A stretch of DNA of 64,000 nucleotides from a bacterium. Its GTDB lineage: Bacteria; SM23-31. A model generated the notes under the pieces. The model did not search any database. It was not told where the DNA came from and saw only the letters and a program-made list of their open reading frames with translations. Of this stretch, positions 39,945 to 47,842 are shown in pieces. The stretch's first letter is position 1, and each line of letters begins with the position of its first letter. A program made the translations under genes and the position numbers. The stretch spans positions 1,536,001 through 1,600,000 of the forward strand of contig OZ252239.1 in NCBI GenBank assembly GCA_965249485.1, read 5' to 3'.

Positions 39945-40802
39945 CTATTTAATAAAGATTAATCCATTGTCATCGTAAGATCCAATTAACTCTTCATTGT
40001 CATAAATAAATATTTTCAAATTATTTATACCAGATACATTCTCATAATAGATTTGAACATAGTCAAACATTAATTTTTTGGCATGCATACTTAAGTCATA
40101 AAAAGAATCATCGATATATATTGATAGCTTTTCATTGTCGAAAACTATTTCCCTTATTCGTTTTTCTTCTTTAGAAGATTCAATAAAATCATTGTGCCTT
40201 TCATCTCGTTCGGATCTCCTCCGGTCTGTTTCGGATTCCAACCAGTCTGTGTAAGATGTTACATTCTCAGATATTTTATCTCTTAATTCAGATAATGAGC
40301 TTTTTGCTTGTTCTTCTCCCAAAGCTTCAACTCTTTTATCAAAATCCCATATTCCAATTTTCGCTTCTCGGGCAATTTTAAGGCCGTCTATTAATTCACT
40401 GAAGTATTTCCCATTTGGTAGATAAAACATTATATTTCCGAATCCATATAGCACCATTGATCTGTTGATTAGGACTTCATCTCCAGATGAATTTTTAATC
40501 CAAGCATATGCAAGTACTCTTCCATATCTGTCTCTTCTTTCCTCATCGAATTCTAACCGTACAGTTCTTCCTTCAATCGTTTTTTTCGTAAAATCTGATG
40601 CCTCTTTCCCGTAATATTCTACCGGTTTACTCGGATGAACGGTTTCAGGCGTATCGACTCCGATCAGCCGCACAGTTTCTCCGTTCTCAATTTCGAATGT
40701 ATCACCATCAATTACCCGGGTAACGGTGTGGTATTCCTGAGCGATGGTGAGTGATACTGAAAGGGAGAATACGATTACTGCTATGAATATTTTAAGTCTC
40801 AT
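39945..40802 (-). CDS. Secreted thermonuclease (SNase) 2
   Basis: Signal peptide; DGDT, RLIGVDTPE, DRYGRVLAY. Confidence 0.9.
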   Translation of the reverse strand: MRLKIFIAVIVFSLSVSLTIAQEYHTVTRVIDGDTFEIENGETVRLIGVDTPETVHPSKPVEYYGKEASDFTKKTIEGRTVRLEFDEERRDRYGRVLAYAWIKNSSGDEVLINRSMVLYGFGNIMFYLPNGKYFSELIDGLKIAREAKIGIWDFDKRVEALGEEQAKSSLSELRDKISENVTSYTDWLESETDRRRSERDERHNDFIESSKEEKRIREIVFDNEKLSIYIDDSFYDLSMHAKKLMFDYVQIYYENVSGINNLKIFIYDNEELIGSYDDNGLIFIK

Positions 40803-41067
40803 TTATTCCCTCATTCTTCTGTGAAGTCGGTATAAGGAACCCATTCAACCAGCCTATTAAGCATATAAGATAATTGTTCTGCCTCTTCATGAGAAGTGTT
40901 TTTCTTAATTGTAATTGCAAAAAACCATCGCCCAAGACTTCCAATTTTTCTTTTATTGTCTCAAGACCTATGTGATAAGAAACATCTTTTACATCACCAT
41001 CTTTTTCTTGAACATGATCTTTGACTGTGAACCTATAACTTCCCCATTCTGTATTCGAATTTGTCAT
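40792..41067 (-). pseudogene. Hypothetical protein with probable frameshift in an A5 run (~40900)
   Basis: Adding one A gives ...LRKNTSHEEAEQLSYMLNRLVEWVPYTDFTEE*, ending just before the nuclease SD. Confidence 0.55.
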
Positions 41068-41089
41068 TAAAATTTCTCCATTATATTAA

Positions 41090-41340
41090 AATAAAACAGG
41101 GAGCAAAATGCTCCCTGGGGTAACTTTAATAGATGACGGATTTAATTAAATCATTTCATCTATGGGTATCTTTTATAGGCGATTGACCCCCAAGAGAGTC
41201 AGAACCAACCTATGAACTTCTATATGGTTATATTATAAACAGGACATTTTTTCTCTAATCCACCACCATGGTTTACATTTGTAAACGTATGATGCTTTAA
41301 ATTGACTTATGGGATAAGTATGATTATGTCATACTTTCTA
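41090..41340 (-). ncRNA. Candidate ~250-nt structured RNA (four hairpins plus terminator)
   Basis: Upstream TTGACG-N17-TACTTT; no ORF longer than 5 codons from an ATG; G-U pairs favour the minus strand. Confidence 0.5.
41091..41117 (-). terminator. Intrinsic terminator
   Basis: CAGGGAGCA-TTT-TGCTCCCTG followed by TTTTATTTT. Confidence 0.75.
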
Positions 41341-41344
41341 CCAC

Positions 41345-41373
41345 AAAGTAATACTTAATAATCGACACGTCAA
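41345..41373 (-). promoter_or_regulatory. Sigma70-type promoter TTGACG-N17-TACTTT
   Basis: Consensus-like boxes with 17-nt spacing. Confidence 0.55.
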
Positions 41374-41523
41374 GTAAAATATTTAATTATTTATTTAATT
41401 GTATGAGGATTGTGGGGAGTTTAGTCATTGGTTATCTTCTGTAAGTAAGATTTTTCATTATCTCTGCTGCTTTGAAATAAAACGAATCATTTCTGCATAA
41501 CTCGCAAAAGACATGATTAGATG

Positions 41524-41770
41524 TTACTCAATAACTGGTGACCAATCAAGTGATCGCATAGTAAAAATGTTATTTGTTATCTTGACTTGATCAGTCCCAT
41601 CTGTATTCATAATATAAATTTGAGCGGCTTCCGTCCCGATCGGACATAAACGCAATCTTTGACCCATCCGGTGACCAGATAGGGTAAGCATCGCCTTCTG
41701 GATGGTGAGTTATATTGGCAGGATCAGAACCGTCCATGTACATGATATATATTTCACCATATCCGTACAT
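41524..41770 (-). pseudogene. TolB/PD40 repeat remnant with frameshift
   Basis: EIYIM..DGS...PIWSPDGSKIAFMSDRDG / QIYIMNTDGTDQVKIT...DWSP. Confidence 0.7.
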
Positions 41771-42579
41771 TATTTTTCTAATATAAATAAGTAGTCCCTA
41801 TTAAGATAAAAGTTGTTAGGATTTATTGATGATTTCTTGATGATTTTTAAATTACTATGCTCCGAAATAATGTCAATTATTTCTGGTGATATAAAATAAT
41901 GCCCTTCAATTGAGTAACTATCTTGGCTTGAAAATTTTTTCCATCCTCCAGGGGCTTTTAAATTACTGGTATGAATAAAAGCTTTACCACCTTTTTGCAA
42001 TATTACACTAATTTCATAAAAATATTTTTTTATGGTGTGTAAATCCAGATGGACAAATACATCGAATGAATATATAAAATCAAACTTGTCCTTCAAACTA
42101 TTAGAAAATTTGGAATCTCTTAACTGAACATAATGTACATTCGGACCTGATCCTAAAACAGAACGTGCCTTTTTTAACATTTCAGAAGAAATGTCAAACG
42201 CGTAAAATTCTTTAACACTATAGACTACTTTTGAAGCAATTCTTGCTCCACCAACCCCAATTTCACCAACAACACTCTCTTTTGTTATATAAGGATAGAT
42301 ATATTCTGAAATAATCCGTTCTAAATCAGTTACTCTCCCCCACTCATCGCCCAAGTAGTTTAAGTAATTTTCCTTTTCCTCGTCTTTTATTGTATCATTT
42401 TCAACATGAACTTTTTTCTTATTCCAACCTTTTGCATAACCATCCCAAAGTTTTTTATTATATTCAAAGTTCAAATAATTAGAAGGCATTGGCTTAAAAA
42501 CATTATTGACCAAGCGATATGGTTTTCTTAAGATTTTTTTTATAGGTTCAGGTAATTTTTTTCTTACTATTTCAAGCAT
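41770..42579 (-). CDS. Class I SAM-dependent methyltransferase
   Basis: GEIGVGGAR, FDISSEML, FDFIYSFDVFVHL. Confidence 0.85.
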   Translation of the reverse strand: MLEIVRKKLPEPIKKILRKPYRLVNNVFKPMPSNYLNFEYNKKLWDGYAKGWNKKKVHVENDTIKDEEKENYLNYLGDEWGRVTDLERIISEYIYPYITKESVVGEIGVGGARIASKVVYSVKEFYAFDISSEMLKKARSVLGSGPNVHYVQLRDSKFSNSLKDKFDFIYSFDVFVHLDLHTIKKYFYEISVILQKGGKAFIHTSNLKAPGGWKKFSSQDSYSIEGHYFISPEIIDIISEHSNLKIIKKSSINPNNFYLNRDYLFILEK

Positions 42580-42781
42580 CTGGCCAGTTTAAACCGTGTG
42601 CTTATCGGCTTTTTAATTTTAATAAATTTTAGTTGGTAAGTGGAATAAAAACGTAAAATAAGCAAGAGCGAAATCCTCGAATCACTATGAAGTTGTAAAC
42701 TTTTAGATGAAAGTGGTTGTGAAGGATATTCTACAGGAATGAACTTTTGTGCGGGCTTTTTTTTTACTCTTATCTTTCTTT

Positions 42782-42994
42782 TTACTTGTCATTGCAGCCA
42801 TTTTTGAATTGAACTATAGCACTTCTTAAATCATCTCCAATAATTTTCCAATCAGAATGTATAGCTCTTCTATCTGCTTCATGCGAAGAGATTGAATTAT
42901 TATATTGGTTTAAAGCAGAAGAAAAGTCTATTAATCTTGCTACACCAGTTAGAACGCTTGGTTGGGCGAATAAGAAATCTGTAAGGATTCCCAC
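42782..42994 (-). CDS. Paralog of 39078..39302
   Basis: FLFAQPS..GVAR..D...YNNS...EAD..AI.SDW..GDDL. Confidence 0.7.
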   Translation of the reverse strand: MGILTDFLFAQPSVLTGVARLIDFSSALNQYNNSISSHEADRRAIHSDWKIIGDDLRSAIVQFKNGCNDK

Positions 42995-43189
42995 GATATG
43001 AGTATCGTCACATATACTATTTGGAGTTTAATTTTTCAAGTCAACCTGATTCCAAGTATCGTTTTGGCTTCGTTACATTGTGGAACAGTACGAGTGTTTG
43101 ACTTAATTTGTTCGGCGTAAATGAGAATCGTTTCTATAAATAAAATACCTAAAAATAATGATTATTGCAATTACAAATTACTTCCTGAC

Positions 43190-43414
43190 TTATGCATTTA
43201 ACACCAATATAACACCTATTGGTTCCAAAACAAGCGAATTTTTGTCAACCTGTAAGTACAGTACTGCTTTATCTCTGGCTCCGAATCGATCATCTTCAGT
43301 CACGCCCCATATATTATTGAACAGCTGAATATAGAGTTTGATCGGTTTTACCCAGCAGTCCGGAGGCTGCGGGAACATGGCTGAAGTGCCTATTATTTTT
43401 GAGAGACCCGGCAT
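43190..43414 (-). pseudogene. 5' half of the 99-aa module gene, 3' half deleted
   Basis: MPGLSKIIGTS...RDKAVLYLQ nearly identical to 39632..39931, then runs into the promoter block. Confidence 0.75.
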
Positions 43415-43427
43415 GAAATTCCAATAG

Positions 43428-44318
43428 TTATTCAACAAAAATTAGACCGTTATCATCGTATGTTCCGATTATTTCTTCATCGTCATAAATTAATATTCTC
43501 AAGTTATTTATACCAGATACTCTCTCATATTGGATTTGAAAATAGTTAAACATTGATTTTTTGTCAGGCATGCTTGTGTCATAAAAAGAATCATCGATAT
43601 ATATTGATAGCTTTTCATTGTCGAAAACTATTTCCCTTATTCGTTTTCCTTCTTTTAAAGATTCAACAAAATCATTAAATGTACTATCGGCAATAATTTT
43701 GGCCTGTTCTAAATCTTTTTTGGCCTGTTCTAAATCTTTTTCTATATTGGAAGCCATCCATTCCAGGGTAGATTTTAGATTCTCATTAACTTTATTATTT
43801 AATTCATCAATTGAGTTTTTTGCTTGTTCTTCTCCCAAAACTTCAACTATTTTTTGATAATCCCATATGCCAAATTTCAATTCTTGGGCAGTCTTATGTA
43901 CTTCATATAATTCATCGAAGTATTTCACATTAGGAGGATAAAATATTATATGTCCTAATCCAGATAGCACCATTACTTTGTTGATTAGGACTTCTCTACC
44001 TTTTGAGGTTTTTTCCCAGACATAGGCGAGAAGTCTTCCATATCTGTCGCGCTTTTCTACGTCTGTCTCAATTCTTACTTCTCGGCCTCCGAGTATTTTT
44101 CTCAGGTGATCAGACGCTTCTTTCCCATAATATTCAACAGGTTTTGAAGGATGAACAGTTTCAGGTGTATCAACACCGATCAGCCGCACAGTTTCTCCAT
44201 TCTCAATTTCGAATGTATCTCCATCAATAACTCGGGTAACTGTGTGGTATTCCTGAGCGATGGCAAGCGAGATCGAGAGGGAGAAGAGGATTATCGCTAA
44301 TATTGGTTTAATTTTCAT
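43428..44318 (-). CDS. Secreted thermonuclease (SNase) 3
   Basis: Signal peptide; DGDT, RLIGVDTPE, DRYGRLLAYV; 21-bp tandem duplication at 43699-43740. Confidence 0.9.
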   Translation of the reverse strand: MKIKPILAIILFSLSISLAIAQEYHTVTRVIDGDTFEIENGETVRLIGVDTPETVHPSKPVEYYGKEASDHLRKILGGREVRIETDVEKRDRYGRLLAYVWEKTSKGREVLINKVMVLSGLGHIIFYPPNVKYFDELYEVHKTAQELKFGIWDYQKIVEVLGEEQAKNSIDELNNKVNENLKSTLEWMASNIEKDLEQAKKDLEQAKIIADSTFNDFVESLKEGKRIREIVFDNEKLSIYIDDSFYDTSMPDKKSMFNYFQIQYERVSGINNLRILIYDDEEIIGTYDDNGLIFVE

Positions 44319-44330
44319 TACATGGATCCT

Positions 44331-45086
44331 TTACATTTTTTTATAAACCCCAACGACTTTGTGAATAAACATGAATTCTTTTATGTTATACTCCCGATTG
44401 TTTAATCCATCCAGATCGACAAAGTCTTTATTATCTGGTTCAAGCATAACTGTTTTCCCAACCTGCCTAAAACGCTTGACACCAGCATTGCCGTCTCTTA
44501 GTCTAAAAACTACTGTTGAGTTATTGTGAAGTTCTGTGGAGGGGGAGACTATAACATAGTCGCCTTCGTTTAGTGAGGTTACCATGGAGTCCCCTGTGAC
44601 TACCAGCGCATAAGCGTTTTCGTCCTTAACATCAGCCATGACATATTCCTCTGCGAAACGTACTGGAAAATCTTGATCTGTAACATCAACAACGTCACCA
44701 GCCGGTATTTTATTAAGGACAGGGACCTTACGAGTGAATGCTGGGCTTAATTCATTTCCCCAATCTTGCCCGGAATCATAAACTGCTGATTGGTCACTAA
44801 TATGTTTAACGGCAGATATTTCAGAATATTCAGTATATATTTTATTTCTCACCTGATCGATACCACTTTGGTAAAGGTCGTCAATCGAGACATTGAGGGC
44901 GGTTGCTATTTTGAATAGCGTTTGGGCATGTACATTTTTTCGAATGTTGCCATGTCTATCTTTTCCGGATTCTATATGTGTTAAATTAGCATAATCAATA
45001 CCTGATTTCTTAGCAAGCTTTTTTAGAGAAATATTTCTCCTTGCTCGAACCATTCTTATGTTCTCACCAATTTTTTTTATATTCAT
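44331..45086 (-). CDS. cI: CI-like repressor (XRE HTH plus S24 peptidase)
   Basis: HTH; IPAG cleavage site; VTGDSM and VKRF catalytic motifs. Confidence 0.93.
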   Translation of the reverse strand: MNIKKIGENIRMVRARRNISLKKLAKKSGIDYANLTHIESGKDRHGNIRKNVHAQTLFKIATALNVSIDDLYQSGIDQVRNKIYTEYSEISAVKHISDQSAVYDSGQDWGNELSPAFTRKVPVLNKIPAGDVVDVTDQDFPVRFAEEYVMADVKDENAYALVVTGDSMVTSLNEGDYVIVSPSTELHNNSTVVFRLRDGNAGVKRFRQVGKTVMLEPDNKDFVDLDGLNNREYNIKEFMFIHKVVGVYKKM

Positions 45087-45143
45087 AACTCAAATAATCA
45101 TAATAATTTATTAATATAATTAGTAATAATTAGTATTTTTTAC

Positions 45144-45172
45144 TTGACAAATATAGTATATTGTTGTATTAT
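45144..45172 (+). promoter_or_regulatory. Lytic promoter TTGACA-N17-TATTAT with adjacent ATAATTAGTA direct repeats (candidate operators)
   Basis: Located in the divergent cI/cro intergenic region. Confidence 0.7.
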
Positions 45173-45237
45173 TAATAATAATAAATGTTGAAGTTAAATT
45201 ATACGACAAATGTTAACTAAAATCAACAGGGAAACTA

Positions 45238-45447
45238 ATGGTAAACAATAAGCTTAAAGCAAAGATAGTCGAAAAGTTCGGTTCTCAGGCTAATTTTGCT
45301 GAGGAATTAGACATTTTTGCAACCATCGTATCTCGTGTTGTTCGAGGCAGAATATTCCTTTCAGATGAAGATCAAATCCGTTGGGCTAATTTGCTTGATT
45401 GTAATCCGGAAGATATTTTTATCTTCAATAATAAAGTATCAGCATAA
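45238..45447 (+). CDS. cro: Cro-like HTH regulator
   Basis: KLKAKIVEKFGSQANFAEEL; divergent from cI. Confidence 0.85.
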   Translation: MVNNKLKAKIVEKFGSQANFAEELDIFATIVSRVVRGRIFLSDEDQIRWANLLDCNPEDIFIFNNKVSA

Positions 45448-45475
45448 TATACATTTAATAACCAGGAGGTCGTCA

Positions 45476-45679
45476 ATGGCTAGTTCAACAATTATAGCCG
45501 AAGATAGACTGAGAGACTACAATAACTTAAAATCCATTAAGGATACTGTCAGATTTCACAATTCCAAAAGATTTGGAACGTGATATCCTGATTCATTTAA
45601 AGCACAAGTCCGGAGCATTACTGGACTATGCACTGTTGGAAGCAAAGAAAACAGCGAAAGTAGCCGTCAACCTTTTATA
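45476..45679 (+). pseudogene. Small protein with +1 frameshift at ~45555
   Basis: AGGAGG SD; MASS...TVRF continues as TIPKDLERDILIHLK...NLL* in the shifted frame. Confidence 0.5.
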
Positions 45680-45812
45680 ATATACTTTTTGGCCCTGTCT
45701 ATGTCACTAAAATTAATTGGTGTCATTTGTAAAATAGGTGGATAGTTTGAAAAATATCATCAGTATTTACGAAACATACGAAGTGTCAAGAAAAATTCAA
45801 GAGGAATCATAA

Positions 45813-46229
45813 ATGGATGAATTGAAACAATTTAATGTAGAATTGTTTGGTTATCATGAGATACAAAAGTTGTATTGTGAGTTTGCCAAGTCATTACCAG
45901 ACTATTATAACGGCAACAATAGTGAATTTGCAGAAAAATGCGGAGTAAGGCCTTCTACTTATGATTATTGGATAAAACGGTCATTTCCAGTTGGTGCAAT
46001 TATAGTCCATCCCCATTATGACAAGCTAGTTGAATTTATGTCCATATTGCGAGAGAAATTTATAGCTGGCGAATTCGAACCTCCATCATCAGACATTGAC
46101 ATTGAACAGTCCTGGCTTGAAGCAAAGAAGGCAGCTGAAGAATTTAATGAATTATTATATAGCCATAAAAAAGCAAATACGATTGCACTCATCAAAAAAC
46201 ATCAGTCTAAAATTAAACAAATAGCATGA
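45813..46229 (+). CDS. HTH-containing phage protein
   Basis: NSEFAEKCGVRPSTYDYW. Confidence 0.65.
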   Translation: MDELKQFNVELFGYHEIQKLYCEFAKSLPDYYNGNNSEFAEKCGVRPSTYDYWIKRSFPVGAIIVHPHYDKLVEFMSILREKFIAGEFEPPSSDIDIEQSWLEAKKAAEEFNELLYSHKKANTIALIKKHQSKIKQIA

Positions 46230-46489
46230 TAAGGAATCTATTATGAGCAAATGAAAGCTGTTCTTAAATTATTTTCGGTTAAAAAACCGCTTGCTCCACT
46301 TGCAGTAGATTTAATGATTTCAGTTGTTGCTTCGAGAACGGTCATTGACATGTCAACTCCTTATAATAATGTCGGAATATATGACAATTACTTATAAAAT
46401 CAATAAGGTGAGAAACGGCCCGGTGTCGTTTCCCAAACAACTAATAGTCGGCATACCGGCACCGGGTAAAATTCTAATAGGTATTCAAA

Positions 46490-46684
46490 ATGGATAAACC
46501 AAAAAAAATGTTAAGCAGGAGACAGGCAGCACTTGAACTTGGCGTATCTGATAAAACGTTGGACAAATGGATTGCTAACGGTTTAATCCCTGCTTATAAA
46601 CTCGGTGATAGTCAGCTTAGTCTTGTAAAAATCAAGGCAGAAGATTTATACACATTCCTTGACAAATGCAAAATAACGGCGTAA
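46490..46684 (+). CDS. xis: Excisionase (HTH_17/MerR-like)
   Basis: LSRRQAALELGVSDKTLDKWIANG.IPAYKLG; overlaps int. Confidence 0.85.
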   Translation: MDKPKKMLSRRQAALELGVSDKTLDKWIANGLIPAYKLGDSQLSLVKIKAEDLYTFLDKCKITA

Positions 46685-47751
46685 AACATCTTCATAGAGG
46701 ATCAGTATTAGTTCCTCATGGCCGGAACAAGTATCATTACCGCCGAAGAATAGGCGGTAGATACTTTTATCGTTCATTACGGACCGATGATTTTGAACGT
46801 GCCTACAATGATGCTCTTGATTATGAAAAAATGGATGACATTGCGTTTCTGCGATCAACAGAGCCTCGCAACAAATTCAGGACATTCGGTGAGGTTAGCG
46901 AGCAATATCTTGATGAGGGTGTGAAACATCTTGCAGAAGGAAGTCGAAAAGTCAACAGGGAACGATTACAACCGCAATTACCATATTATAGACACAAAGT
47001 ATTAGAATCTATAACTGCCTCTTTTATTGAAACTACAGCAACAAAAATCCAGAATAAACGTGGTTTTTCCGAAGCGACCAGACAGAAATACATATATGTA
47101 ATAAGCGCTGTCCTGTCATTTGCTGTTGACAGAGGGTATATAGAATTCAATCAAGCAAAGAAAGTTAAAATGCGGCCTGTCAAGAAAAACAGGGCAAAGA
47201 TAGCACATACTCGTCAAGAGGTCCTGTTAATGATCGATCAAGCTGAAGGTTACCTCAAACCTATTCTTGCACTTTGCTATTATATGGGACTTCTGATACG
47301 TGATGTATTGTCTCTCATGGTTAAAGATGTGCTGCTTGATTCTGGTGATATAATATTTGATGAACACAAAAAGAATGAGCGTAAACGTGTACCGATCCCT
47401 GAGCAGTTAAAACCAATTCTAAGAGCATACATAACCGAATACACATCTATATCGAAGTGGCTATTCAAAGGGCGTGACGATAAGCCCTTAGCAATACCTT
47501 ACCAGGTGATGAAAGACTTCATGAAAAGCATCGGTATTCGATATAGGGGATTTCATATTTTGCGCGATACATTCATTACACACGCAAGAGAAGATGGGAT
47601 TCCTGACGCGATAATAAAATTCTACACAGGACATTCAACAGCGCAAGTATTTGAGAATTATTCTCATGTAGGACAGGATAGGGAAGTTGTGGAAAACTGG
47701 ATGAAAAAGTTCAATAATAATGCCGAATTAAAGAATATTAAAGAACGCTAA
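46666..47751 (+). CDS. int: Tyrosine integrase
   Basis: HILRDTF, TGHS, NYSH; box I reads GLLIRD instead of GLRxx[ED]. Confidence 0.9.
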   Translation: MQNNGVKHLHRGSVLVPHGRNKYHYRRRIGGRYFYRSLRTDDFERAYNDALDYEKMDDIAFLRSTEPRNKFRTFGEVSEQYLDEGVKHLAEGSRKVNRERLQPQLPYYRHKVLESITASFIETTATKIQNKRGFSEATRQKYIYVISAVLSFAVDRGYIEFNQAKKVKMRPVKKNRAKIAHTRQEVLLMIDQAEGYLKPILALCYYMGLLIRDVLSLMVKDVLLDSGDIIFDEHKKNERKRVPIPEQLKPILRAYITEYTSISKWLFKGRDDKPLAIPYQVMKDFMKSIGIRYRGFHILRDTFITHAREDGIPDAIIKFYTGHSTAQVFENYSHVGQDREVVENWMKKFNNNAELKNIKER

Positions 47752-47842
47752 AACGATGTTAAAAAGTTACACAAAAATTACACAGTCTAAATTTTTAATC
47801 ATTCACAAATTATTGATAATTATAATTGTTATAAATATAACT
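47752..47842. other. Probable attR region
   Basis: AAA[AG]TTACACA direct repeats (arm-like) and a GTTATA-AA-TATAAC palindrome between int and the host gene. Confidence 0.45.

Larger units (their letters stand above)
1..47800 (+). mobile_element. Siphovirus-like prophage (left end outside window; attR between integrase and host folM-like gene)
   Basis: Contiguous replication, terminase, portal, capsid, tail, tape measure, lysin, cI/cro, xis and integrase genes; housekeeping genes resume at 47843. Confidence 0.95.

Noticed and set aside
34426..44318. Integron-type cassette array
   Set aside because: No IntI-type gene and no recognisable attC-like inverted repeats between genes; the repeats are whole genes and promoters
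47809..47836. dif-like Xer site (ATTATTGATAA-TTATAA-TTGTTATAAAT)
   Set aside because: Only a partial match in very AT-rich DNA, and the element encodes its own integrase; attL is needed to define the core
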